The notes under the pieces: model-generated
The model's database searches: none
What the model was told of the DNA's origin: nothing
The model's input: only the letters and a program-made list of their open reading frames with translations
Shown here: one piece after another, positions 9,270 to 17,495 of the stretch
How positions within the stretch are numbered: position 1 is the first letter of the stretch
How the letters are laid out: every line of letters begins with the position of its first letter
Made by a program: the position numbers and the translations under genes
From: a virus
Lineage: Duplodnaviria > Caudoviricetes
Virus record (IMG/VR): IMGVR_UViG_2895442618_000001
Span: 1-64,000 of that record
Strand: one strand, 5' to 3'
DNA: 64,000 bases

Positions 9270-9372
9270 CAGCGGTGCTGCGGAGACCTCTTCCTGATCT
9301 TTCAGGAGGGATGTCCGGAGCGTCTGCTCCACCGGAAAACCTTCACTACCGATCATCAATGAGAGGAATCAG

Positions 9373-9615
9373 ATGCGCAGCAGGATGAAGCCCGAACAGC
9401 TCGCCAAGGTGAGGGCCGCCGCCCAGAACACCAACACGCTCAACACGCTGGCAACCCAGGCCGTGGGCGGCGGCAACGCCACCCGCGTGCAGCAGCAGAA
9501 AGCGCAGCGGGACCTGACGAAAGCGGTCGGCGCCAAGAAGGCCGCCAAGTTACAGGAGCAGGCGATACAGCGGGCCGGCGCCAGCCGCAAGGGCCTCGGC
9601 CGGCTCTTCGGCTGA
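9373..9615 (+). CDS. hypothetical protein
   Basis: GAGAGGA RBS; basic 80 aa. Confidence 0.65.
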   Translation: MRSRMKPEQLAKVRAAAQNTNTLNTLATQAVGGGNATRVQQQKAQRDLTKAVGAKKAAKLQEQAIQRAGASRKGLGRLFG

Positions 9616-9629
9616 CAGGGGACTGAACC

Positions 9630-9893
9630 GTGAACGCGTACCGCGAATCCCAGATGAGCGTCGGCAAGGCCGCTGCTCTCGTGCTCGCCCTCGTCGCGGG
9701 CGCCGGCCTGTCCGGGGCGTTCGGCGACGGCAAGACCTCGCACGACGTCAGCGACACCAAGCCGCTCTTCGGCATCGGCCAGGAGAAGCCCAAGCACTCA
9801 AAGCCAGCCAAGCGCCAGGACGGCCCCCCTCCCATGACGTGCCAGGGGGACCAGTGCTGGTGGACCGACATGGGACGGCCGGGCAGGCGCTGA
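9630..9893 (+). CDS. small secreted/membrane protein
   Basis: Hydrophobic N-terminal segment. Confidence 0.55.
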   Translation: MNAYRESQMSVGKAAALVLALVAGAGLSGAFGDGKTSHDVSDTKPLFGIGQEKPKHSKPAKRQDGPPPMTCQGDQCWWTDMGRPGRR

Positions 9894-9979
9894 CGTTGCG
9901 GCTCCCGCCCGGCTCCACCTCTCTGGGACCGGGCGCGGGGCCGGAGCAGCCAGCTCCACCCGATGCGAAGGAGATCCCC

Positions 9980-10126
9980 ATGGGCGACCAGAAGAACACC
10001 GACCAGCCGTGCCCTGGCCACGTCGTCAAGTGCGGCTCGTGCAAGGGATCGGGCCGCGACTCACTTGTCCCGCTGATCAAGGAGTGCGGCGTGTGCAAGG
10101 GCGTCGGCAGCGTCCTCCTCAAGTAG
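9980..10126 (+). CDS. DnaJ-type zinc-finger microprotein
   Basis: AAGGAG RBS; CGSCKGSG and CGVCKGVG. Confidence 0.7.
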   Translation: MGDQKNTDQPCPGHVVKCGSCKGSGRDSLVPLIKECGVCKGVGSVLLK

Positions 10127-10199
10127 CCCTCCTGCCCGGCCCCGTCTTCCCTCCGGGGCCGGGCCACCCTTCACACCCATCGAACAGAGAGGAAACCCA

Positions 10200-10379
10200 G
10201 TGAAGAGCGAGATCAAGTACAAGACCGCTGGCGGCAACACCGTCACCTGGAAGAAGCTCCCACACGACCCCAACTGGCCGTATCGGAGCGGCAAGTACGA
10301 ATGCGGCGGCTGCGGCGAGGACACGAACGGCCACTACACCGACGCCGACAAGCACGCCCAGAACTGCCGGGCGCTATGA
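10200..10379 (+). CDS. small zinc-binding protein (not in ORF track)
   Basis: MKSEIKYKTAGGNTVTW...CGGCGE...HAQNCRAL; GAGGA RBS. Confidence 0.65.
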   Translation: MKSEIKYKTAGGNTVTWKKLPHDPNWPYRSGKYECGGCGEDTNGHYTDADKHAQNCRAL

Positions 10380-10522
10380 ACCGGTGCCCGCGCTGTTCGA
10401 CGGCGCTCGACGAGGGGCCGGTCGTCTACCGCTGTGCGCGTTGTCGGCGCACGGTGTGGGCGGCTGAGCTGGACACCGAGTTTCACGCCCCCGCCCGCCC
10501 GGTCGCGGTGGGTGCCCGGTGA
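10376..10522 (+). CDS. small zinc-ribbon protein
   Basis: CPRC...CARC; ATGA overlap. Confidence 0.65.
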   Translation: MNRCPRCSTALDEGPVVYRCARCRRTVWAAELDTEFHAPARPVAVGAR

Positions 10523-10917
10523 GCGCCGCACTCGCAGAGTCGGCGGAGGAGATCGCCGACCGGCTCCACGACCGCGACCTCGACGGCGCCCGCAAGCTGT
10601 TCGACACGCTGGCGGTCGACGACGCCACAGTGTCTCGTCTCGTCCGCCAGCTCGCCAAGACGGTCACCATCCTGGCCGGGATGGTGGTGTGGGGCTACGC
10701 CCTCGACGTCTGGGCCAACCCGCGCCGGGACGTGGATGAGCGGGCGTGGCGGTGTGGCGGCTGCCGTATGACGGCCAGCCACTACACGACCGACCGGGCC
10801 GCCACGGCGTCGGCCGGGAAGCACGTCGCCGAGCATCACGGCGGCAGGCTCGCGGTCGTCTCGTATCTGGCTGAGGCGTACTGGGATGCCGTCGAGGCGG
10901 CGGAGTACGGGCGCTGA
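10519..10917 (+). CDS. hypothetical protein with C2H2-like motif
   Basis: CGGC...HVAEHH; GTGA overlap. Confidence 0.65.
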   Translation: MSAALAESAEEIADRLHDRDLDGARKLFDTLAVDDATVSRLVRQLAKTVTILAGMVVWGYALDVWANPRRDVDERAWRCGGCRMTASHYTTDRAATASAGKHVAEHHGGRLAVVSYLAEAYWDAVEAAEYGR

Positions 10918-11002
10918 GGCTGCGGATCCCCGCCCGACCCGTCGTGCGGGCGGGGTGTCCGGAGCAGAGCGCTCCACACGAGACGCGACCACGGAGGACG
11001 AC

Positions 11003-11212
11003 ATGGCTGAGGCCGTAGACGGGCGTCGAATCCTGAACGAGATGCTCGCCCGAGGCACCACCGTCAAGGAACTGAAAGACCGGGCGTACGCGCTGGACCA
11101 CCGCCATCAGGTGGCCGCCGCAGACCTGCTCAACGACGAGGCCGACAAGATCAAGGCCGACATGCTCAGCAAGGGGCTCGACCCGGCGGTGATGCATGTA
11201 CGGCGCGGCTGA
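11003..11212 (+). CDS. hypothetical protein
   Basis: GGAGGA RBS. Confidence 0.6.
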   Translation: MAEAVDGRRILNEMLARGTTVKELKDRAYALDHRHQVAAADLLNDEADKIKADMLSKGLDPAVMHVRRG

Positions 11213-11307
11213 GAGTCGCCGCTGACGTTGCGGGTGGCCGCCCAGCCCACGCGGTTGGGCGGGTGCCCGGAGCGTCCGCTCCGCTCATCCACCAGAAAGG
11301 CAACACC

Positions 11308-11610
11308 ATGAACAAGTCCCAGCTCATCGACGCCGTTACCGAGCGCGCCGACCTCAGCAAGGCGGACGTGGCCGCCGCCATCGGGCACGCCCTGGCCGTC
11401 ATCCAGGAGGTCGTTGCCAAGGGCGACGAAGTGCAGATCACCGGGTTCGGCACCTGGAAGCGCGCCCAGGTCAAGGGCGGCACCGTGCGGAACCTCGCGA
11501 CCGGGGAGCCGGTCACGTACGGGGACACGTGGAAGGTGTCGTTCTCTGCGGGCGCCGGATTCAAGGCGGCGGTGAAGGCGGGCCCGAAGCAGGTGTCGGC
11601 CGCCGCCTAA
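11308..11610 (+). CDS. HU-family DNA-binding protein (divergent)
   Basis: MNKSQLIDAV...VQITGFGTW...RNLATGE. Confidence 0.9.
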   Translation: MNKSQLIDAVTERADLSKADVAAAIGHALAVIQEVVAKGDEVQITGFGTWKRAQVKGGTVRNLATGEPVTYGDTWKVSFSAGAGFKAAVKAGPKQVSAAA

Positions 11611-11676
11611 TCCCGCACGGTGGCCCGGTCCTGGCGTGGCCGGGCCACCACATCACGACAGACGAAGGAGGAACAG

Positions 11677-11841
11677 GTGCGCACACCAGAGCCTCATGTC
11701 CAGCGTTCCACCTGCCAGAAGTGCAGGCGCGAGGCGACGTTCACTTGGCCCGCCGGGCTCACGGAGGGCCTGCACACGGAGGTCACTATGTGCTCCTGCG
11801 GCCAGGGCCACGACTGGACCTTGAACGTCCGCTTTCGGTAG
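11677..11841 (+). CDS. small zinc-binding protein
   Basis: AAGGAGG RBS; CQKC...CSCGQGH. Confidence 0.55.
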   Translation: MRTPEPHVQRSTCQKCRREATFTWPAGLTEGLHTEVTMCSCGQGHDWTLNVRFR

Positions 11842-11880
11842 CCCCCCCGACCACCGCCATCAATCAACGGAAGGGGCCCC

Positions 11881-12111
11881 ATGGGGCTGTTCAGCAGCAA
11901 GAAGAAGAGCGACCCCGCCCCGCCGCCACCCGTACGGCGGGACAAGGTGCAAGCGGCGCTCAAACTCGGCATGACGTGGTACGGCGGCGACCCCGACGGC
12001 GACGACTTCGTGACGAACCGGGACCGGTACTACCGGGCGTTGAAGGGGTGCACCCGGGCGGAGGTCGACTACGTGGAGGACGCCCTCAGGCGACACGGCT
12101 ACCCGCCGTGA
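11881..12111 (+). CDS. hypothetical protein
   Basis: RBS; MGLFSSKKK start typical of small actinomycete ORFs. Confidence 0.65.
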   Translation: MGLFSSKKKSDPAPPPPVRRDKVQAALKLGMTWYGGDPDGDDFVTNRDRYYRALKGCTRAEVDYVEDALRRHGYPP

Positions 12112-12200
12112 AGCTGTCGGGCGGCTCGTACATAGGCCGCCGACAAGGCGCGTGCGCGGATCGGCGTACGCGAAGCAACGGAAGACGAAAGGTGAACAGT

Positions 12201-12398
12201 ATGAGCCGACCCAAGGACGCCAAAGAGCTGCTCGACCGGCTGGGCGCGAAGTGGTCGCCCGACATGGACGACTTCCTCGCCGGAAAGGTCGACCTGTCGC
12301 AGATGCGGTGTGCGGTCTGCCAGAAGAAGCCGTGCGTGTGCCCGGAGTTCGGGTCGCCCGAGTACTTCGCGCTGCTCGACAAGCGGCGCGGGAGGTGA
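12201..12398 (+). CDS. small Cys-rich protein
   Basis: CAVCQKKPCVC; AAAGG RBS. Confidence 0.6.
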   Translation: MSRPKDAKELLDRLGAKWSPDMDDFLAGKVDLSQMRCAVCQKKPCVCPEFGSPEYFALLDKRRGR

Positions 12399-12562
12399 CC
12401 AGCGTGCCCAGAAGCGACGACGACATTCGGGCCAGCCTCTACACGACGATCGAGAACGACCACCTTGACTACTGGGTCACCGAGGAGCCGTGCGACTGCC
12501 AGTCCGGCGGCACCAAGTGGGAGAAGAACGGCAAGGCGTGGCGGCCGAACAAGAATCCGTAA
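12395..12562 (+). CDS. hypothetical protein
   Basis: GTGA overlap with the previous ORF. Confidence 0.5.
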   Translation: MTSVPRSDDDIRASLYTTIENDHLDYWVTEEPCDCQSGGTKWEKNGKAWRPNKNP

Positions 12563-12580
12563 CCAACTGACCGCACGAGT

Positions 12581-12615
12581 GAGCCCCGGCCGCGCTTCCC
12601 CGCGGGCCGGGGCTC
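12581..12615 (+). terminator. GC-rich hairpin terminator
   Basis: GAGCCCCGGCC...GGCCGGGGCTC after the operon. Confidence 0.6.
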
Positions 12616-12706
12616 TCGCATGTTGTTCCTACTCACTGACAACCATCGGTCACCGAGCGTCGTCTAACGGTCTGTTTCGAGTCCCTCACCAACCGGAAGG
12701 CCCACG

Positions 12707-13105
12707 ATGCGTACTCTCCTCGCTGCCGCAGCTCTCGCGGCCACGTTCACGGCCGGCTGCTCCTCTCCCGCCGCGCCTGCCCGGGAGCCTGCGGCGACCA
12801 CGACTGCACTGGCATACACGGCGACGCCGACCCCCACACCAACGCCGACGCCGTCGAAGACCGCGCCACGCGCACCCATCCACACGCCGACGCCGGCGAG
12901 GACGAAGACGCACCGCAAGGTGATCAAGCCCAAGCCTCGGCCGACGCCGACGCGCACGAGGAAGGTGGCACAGCCCGCGGTCAGGTCCGGTGTCCACCCC
13001 GGCGCGTTCTGTGCTCCTCAGGGCGCTCTCGGCAGGACGAGCGCGGGCACTCTGATGAGGTGCTCGTCGAAGGGTGGCGATCAGGCGCGGTGGCGTAGCG
13101 CCTGA
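12707..13105 (+). CDS. Pro/Thr-rich lipoprotein
   Basis: Signal peptide with TAGC lipobox; PT repeats; C-terminal GAFC...C. Confidence 0.75.
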   Translation: MRTLLAAAALAATFTAGCSSPAAPAREPAATTTALAYTATPTPTPTPTPSKTAPRAPIHTPTPARTKTHRKVIKPKPRPTPTRTRKVAQPAVRSGVHPGAFCAPQGALGRTSAGTLMRCSSKGGDQARWRSA

Positions 13106-13225
13106 CCACGCACATGAAACAGCCCCCGCCCCGGTCCGCGAGAGGACCAGGACGGGGGCGTCAATTTAGTTGAGGCCGGGGCTCGCGTGACGACCGCTTG
13201 AGGTGGCCGTCAGTACCTTCCTTCC

Positions 13226-13384
13226 ATGAGCGAGGACCCGCGACAGCTCTGCCGTACTCCGGAGGAGTCCTTCCAAGCCGGATGGGACGACGGAGCCGAT
13301 GACCCACCGCTCACCGACGAGCAGTGCCTGCGCCTCGCCGCGCTACTCGGCCCATACATCCGCCGACTAGCAGGTCATGCCTGA
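13226..13384 (+). CDS. small hypothetical protein (not in ORF track)
   Basis: MSEDPRQLCRTPEESFQAGWDDGADDPPLTDEQCLRLAALLGPYIRRLAGHA; TACCTT-N6-ATG. Confidence 0.55.
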   Translation: MSEDPRQLCRTPEESFQAGWDDGADDPPLTDEQCLRLAALLGPYIRRLAGHA

Positions 13385-13450
13385 GGCCACGCGGCAGGCT
13401 CCTCGCCCATCATCTCCATGGCCCGCCGGTCCAGCCGCTCGAACAGCGCC

Positions 13451-13672
13451 TCAATCTCGGGCGGGAGCATCCTCATCCCCGAGCGGATACCGGGCGAGCA
13501 CCCGGTCTATCGCCCACGCCCGGCCAGGGTTGACGACCTCGATGCCGACCACCCGGCCCTCAGCGTCCACGTCCACCGACGTCAGGTCCTCAACGGTCCG
13601 GGTGTCCGCGACGGGCTCACCGGAGATCGTCACGTACAGGGCGTCGGCGTCCAGGTCGTAGTCGAACCGCAT
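13451..13672 (-). CDS. DUF2283-like protein
   Basis: MRFDYDLDADALYV...VDVDAEGRVVGIEV; GGGAGG RBS. Confidence 0.8.
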   Translation of the reverse strand: MRFDYDLDADALYVTISGEPVADTRTVEDLTSVDVDAEGRVVGIEVVNPGRAWAIDRVLARYPLGDEDAPARD

Positions 13673-13878
13673 CGCGCCTCCCGAACTCGAAAGCAACTCT
13701 TTCCAGTTTGGAAATAGTTGAAAGGGGTCGGGCGGCCATGCCTGGCGACCCGACCCCGTACGTTGCACGGAGGTCCACACGGGCACGTCTGCCCGGCTTC
13801 GCCACCCTCGACCGGAGCCCGTCGACGCCGACCGTGGCGACCGGAGTCTTCACGATTCGAAGACCCCGCCTCCCCGCG

Positions 13879-13953
13879 TACCTGCACCAGGACTCGAACC
13901 TGGGAACCTCCGCATTATGAGTGCGGCGCTCTCACCGACTGAGCTATGCAGGC
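13879..13953 (-). tRNA. tRNA with CAT anticodon (elongator Met or Ile2), CCA not encoded
   Basis: GCCTGCA acceptor, GCTC/GAGC D stem, CCGCA-CTCATAA-TGCGG anticodon arm, CCAGG-TTCGAGT-CCTGG T arm; lacks initiator features. Confidence 0.92.
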
Positions 13954-14319
13954 GTTCGGCCTGGGGTCCTGATCGGAGCCTGTCCGCGCTCCCGGGTGAT
14001 CAGTCCGGGGTTACGTGGCCGGTTCTCCTCGCAGGCGCTGGGTCCTGGTGCACCATCCCCAACCAGCTTGCGCTCCCCAGGGTGCTTCCACGGTACAGGA
14101 GCCTGCGGTGCCACCTCGACCAGGTTTGCCATAGTCATATCGCCCACCAATTCCGCATCGGCCTGTACAGATTTCAGCGATTAGGCGGCTTCAAGTAGAC
14201 AAGGTGCACAATGGTTTGCGGCTGGCATGTCCTGATTCGCCAGAGAGGCGTAGGACCTGCCGCGCCGCAGACGCTGGCCCTACCCGAGGGTCGGCAACTC
14301 CCGAGAGGGTGCACTCCTC

Positions 14320-15561
14320 ATGTTCATCAGCAAGTTCGCGGCGACTGTCGCCGCTGGCGTGCTGGTAGCGACTGGACTGGCCACCAGCGCAACCGCCGCC
14401 GCCCCTTTCAGAGATTCGGTGCAGATCAGCAACAACCTCGACTCCGGGACGCATGGCCCGTGGGCGTGGGACCTGCTGCGCCGCAGCGTCACCATCACCA
14501 AGACCATCGAAGGCGCCAACAACGCGCCGGACACCTACCGTGTGGTGCTGTCCGACTCGGGCGCTTTCACCACCATCAAGGGAGCCAAGTCGCCGCAGGC
14601 GGGCGTCACCATCTCCCGCGCGGTGACCGGGTCGTTCTCCGGCTCGTACACGTTCACGGTGACGTCTACGTCCGCTCCGAGCGCCGCCGGGGTGGACAAC
14701 TCCTACGACTACGGCTGCTCGATCGGCGGGTCGTGCACGAAGCCAGCAGAGACGAGCGCCTGGCCAAAGCTGTACTTCAACGACCCGCAGGCGGAAGTGA
14801 CGCCGAACCACGACTGGCAGTGGACGTACCGCACCTGCGCCGAGACGTGGCGGAACGCCGACCCCGCCGTGGGCGGCAACTCCGGCGACATCACCGGCGC
14901 CCACTGCGACGCCCAGGTGACCGCGCTCGCGCCGACCGTGACCCAGCCCGACTGCGGCACCACCCGGGGCGAGCTGGTCATCCCCGCCAAGAAGGGCGTC
15001 CGCTACGAGGTGCGCGGCAAGGCGTGGCGTGCCGGCACGTTCAAGGTCCGCCCTGGCTCGTACCGGGTGGTCGCCGTGGCGAAGGACGGGTATGTGCTGC
15101 GTGGTGACCGGCGGTGGCGTCTGACCGTGGACGAGGCGAAGGCGTGCCCGACGCCCACGGCCACCCCGACGGTGACGGTGAGCCCGACTCCGACTGGCGA
15201 CCCCGACGACCGTGAGGCCACCCCGAAGTCTCCGACGCTGACGCAGGCCACCTGCGACGACAAGACCGCCTCCGTCTCCATCCCCGAGGTCCCGGGCGTG
15301 GTGTACAAGACGTCCAGCGGCAAGACGGTGGAGCAGGGCAAAACGTACAGCGTCGACCCCGGCTCGGTGACCATCACCGCTGAGGCGGCGGACGGCTACA
15401 CGCTGGCCGACGGCGCTGAGTCGGAGTGGACGCTGGTCCTGTCCGAGGCTCCCACGGACTGCCCGACTGCTACGCCGACGACCACCACGCACGTCACGGT
15501 CGTCAACAACATCCCGGTGCCCGCCCGCGTGGACACCGGTCTCGGCGGTCTCGCCAAGTAG
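14320..15561 (+). CDS. secreted Thr-rich surface protein, probable class F sortase substrate
   Basis: Sec signal peptide, repeated beta domains, terminal PARVDTGLGG motif. Confidence 0.75.
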   Translation: MFISKFAATVAAGVLVATGLATSATAAAPFRDSVQISNNLDSGTHGPWAWDLLRRSVTITKTIEGANNAPDTYRVVLSDSGAFTTIKGAKSPQAGVTISRAVTGSFSGSYTFTVTSTSAPSAAGVDNSYDYGCSIGGSCTKPAETSAWPKLYFNDPQAEVTPNHDWQWTYRTCAETWRNADPAVGGNSGDITGAHCDAQVTALAPTVTQPDCGTTRGELVIPAKKGVRYEVRGKAWRAGTFKVRPGSYRVVAVAKDGYVLRGDRRWRLTVDEAKACPTPTATPTVTVSPTPTGDPDDREATPKSPTLTQATCDDKTASVSIPEVPGVVYKTSSGKTVEQGKTYSVDPGSVTITAEAADGYTLADGAESEWTLVLSEAPTDCPTATPTTTTHVTVVNNIPVPARVDTGLGGLAK

Positions 15562-15569
15562 TCCCCCTC

Positions 15570-15611
15570 GGGCTGGACCGTCGCACAGGCGGTCCAGCCC
15601 TCTTTCTCTTT
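15570..15611 (+). terminator. intrinsic terminator between substrate and sortase genes
   Basis: 11-bp stem GGGCTGGACCG/CGGTCCAGCCC followed by TCTTTCTCTTT. Confidence 0.75.
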
Positions 15612-15621
15612 GGAGCCCCTC

Positions 15622-16200
15622 ATGCGTCGTCTCGCCCTTGTAGCCGCCTGCCTGGTCCTCGCGTCCGCCTGTGGCGCGAACGGCTCTCCTGAGCCGTCTC
15701 AGCCATCTCTACTCGCGGCTCCTCCGTCTACCTCAGCCACACCCGGCACGCTCACCCAGCGAGTCTCAGAGCCCTCACGGATCCGCATCCCCAGCATCGG
15801 AGTGGACGCCCGCATCGTGAAGGTCGGACTCAAGGCCAACGGCGACATGGAGACGCCGTCGTTCGGCCGCGCCGGGTGGTACTCCAAGGGTCCGAAGCCC
15901 GGCGAGGACGGCCCCGCCGTCGTCATCGCCCACGTGGACTCCAAGACCGGCCCCGACGTGTTCGCCAAACTGAAGCAGGTGAAGAAGGGCGCGAAGATCC
16001 AGATCACCGACAAGGCGGGCGTCACGTACGAGTTCGTCGCACAGCGCTCCCAGCAGACCGCCAAGACCGCGCTCCCGGCCAAGCAGATCTGGGGAAAGAC
16101 GGACGGCCCGGCGCTGCGGCTCATCACATGCGGAGGAGCGTTCGACAAGGCGTCAGGGCACTACCTGTCCAATGTCGTGCTGTGGGCCGACGAGGCCTGA
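15622..16200 (+). CDS. class F sortase
   Basis: Lipoprotein-like signal; RIRIPSIGVDA, AHVDS (His), LITCGG (Cys), YLSNVV. Confidence 0.92.
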   Translation: MRRLALVAACLVLASACGANGSPEPSQPSLLAAPPSTSATPGTLTQRVSEPSRIRIPSIGVDARIVKVGLKANGDMETPSFGRAGWYSKGPKPGEDGPAVVIAHVDSKTGPDVFAKLKQVKKGAKIQITDKAGVTYEFVAQRSQQTAKTALPAKQIWGKTDGPALRLITCGGAFDKASGHYLSNVVLWADEA

Positions 16201-16212
16201 GTCCCGACAGCA

Positions 16213-16253
16213 CGAAACGGCCCGCCGCTCCCGAAGGAACGGCGGGCCTTTCG
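16213..16253. terminator. bidirectional terminator
   Basis: GGCCCGCCG...CGGCGGGCC flanked by GAAA/TTTC between convergent genes. Confidence 0.7.
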
Positions 16254-16283
16254 TATCACCCCGGGGAGGGGGTGGTCCCTACA

Positions 16284-16640
16284 TCAGCGGACGCTCGACG
16301 CGACCGGCCCCGACGTCGGGGTCACATTCGCCCTGAGCACCAGCGCCAGCACGATGGACAGCACCGTGACCGTAGCGCCGATCTGATCGGCGGTGAACTC
16401 CAGCCCAAACCCCGCCACGGCGGCCATCACCGTGGACACCGCGCCGGTGAGAGCCGACACCACGAACGGGCGGGTCATCACGGCGACGACCGCGGCCAGC
16501 ACGCCAGTGGCGATCGTCGAGATCGCGGCGACCTGTACCTGCGACAGGTCCAGCCCGTAGGCGACCAGCAGAGCAACCAGCGAGTTGATCGTGTAGACGA
16601 TCACCGCGGGCTCCTGGCCGAAGATCGTTACCTTCTTCAT
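16284..16640 (-). CDS. holin
   Basis: 118 aa, several TMs, FGQEPA...RANVTP; follows the endolysin. Confidence 0.8.
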   Translation of the reverse strand: MKKVTIFGQEPAVIVYTINSLVALLVAYGLDLSQVQVAAISTIATGVLAAVVAVMTRPFVVSALTGAVSTVMAAVAGFGLEFTADQIGATVTVLSIVLALVLRANVTPTSGPVASSVR

Positions 16641-16751
16641 GGCGCTCCTCAGCGCTCAGAGGGATGCGAAAGGGCGGCCCGCATCTGGCGGGACCGCCCC
16701 GGGACTGAGAGACGCGCCTCGGAGACCGCTTCTCAGTGACGATCAGTCGGG

Positions 16752-17495
16752 CTACTTGCCCACGTCCAGCCGCACGCTCACGTTCTCGATCTCCGTACGG
16801 ATCCGGTCCAGCAGCGCGTCAGCGTCAATCGCGGCATCACGGGCGGCCAGAGCCTCCGCGAGAGTCTTGATCGTGGCGTTCATCGCGTCCAGCTTCGCCT
16901 CGATCTTCCGCAGGTGCTCCCCGTGGTTGACCAGGACGTTCCGGGCCTGCCACTCCGGGTTCTCCTTCGAGCCGTACGTGACCGGGATCTCGTACGTCCA
17001 CACGTCCTTAGCGGACACGTCGTCCTCCTCGTAGTCGGGGTTCCAGAAGCCGGCGATCACGTCCGCTGACCGGACACGTCTCTTGCAGGCGTCTCCCGTG
17101 TTGCCTTCGATGGTTTGCACCCGGCCGTCCGGCAGGACCTTCTCCACCAGGCCCACGTGGTCGATCGCGGCGATCCGGTCAGAGAACGCCCAGTCGAAGT
17201 AGATGACCGCGCCCGGCTTGCAGTACTTCTTGATGTTGGCGACCGTGCCGGCGTGCCAGCGGCCGAGCCGTTCGCCGTCCTCAGCGCTCCACACCGTGTA
17301 GGCCCTGTCCCCGCGCGGCAGCACCGCGTCCGTGTTGTCGGACCTACGCGCCCACCACGTGATGCTCATCTGGCACCACGCCACCGCGAGGAACTCGGCG
17401 CCGTTGCGTTTGGCGTAGTCGCGGGTGATCCGGTTCGGCCTGCCCGTCAGCCCGAGATCCTCGCGGGCGGTGGCCAGCATGGCTTTGGCGGTCAC
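16752..17495 (-). CDS. CHAP-domain endolysin
   Basis: AWCQMS (Cys), DHVGLVE (His), TIEGNT. Confidence 0.9.
   Translation of the reverse strand: MTAKAMLATAREDLGLTGRPNRITRDYAKRNGAEFLAVAWCQMSITWWARRSDNTDAVLPRGDRAYTVWSAEDGERLGRWHAGTVANIKKYCKPGAVIYFDWAFSDRIAAIDHVGLVEKVLPDGRVQTIEGNTGDACKRRVRSADVIAGFWNPDYEEDDVSAKDVWTYEIPVTYGSKENPEWQARNVLVNHGEHLRKIEAKLDAMNATIKTLAEALAARDAAIDADALLDRIRTEIENVSVRLDVGK

Larger units (their letters stand above)
2928..13105 (+). mobile_element. AICE/plasmid-like conjugative transfer region
   Basis: GntR, xis-like, spd-like, traB and clt-like repeats; rep and int not seen. Confidence 0.75.

Noticed and set aside
13373-13470. Possible frameshifted C-terminal extension of the DUF2283 gene (PEIEALFERLDRRAMEMM...)
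   Set aside because: The 73-aa ORF already covers the domain; the alternative frame is short and needs homolog alignment to support
13879-13953. tRNA(CAT) as the integration (att) site separating AICE and prophage
   Set aside because: No adjacent integrase and no duplicated tRNA 3' segment seen in the window; cannot be fully excluded without flanking sequence
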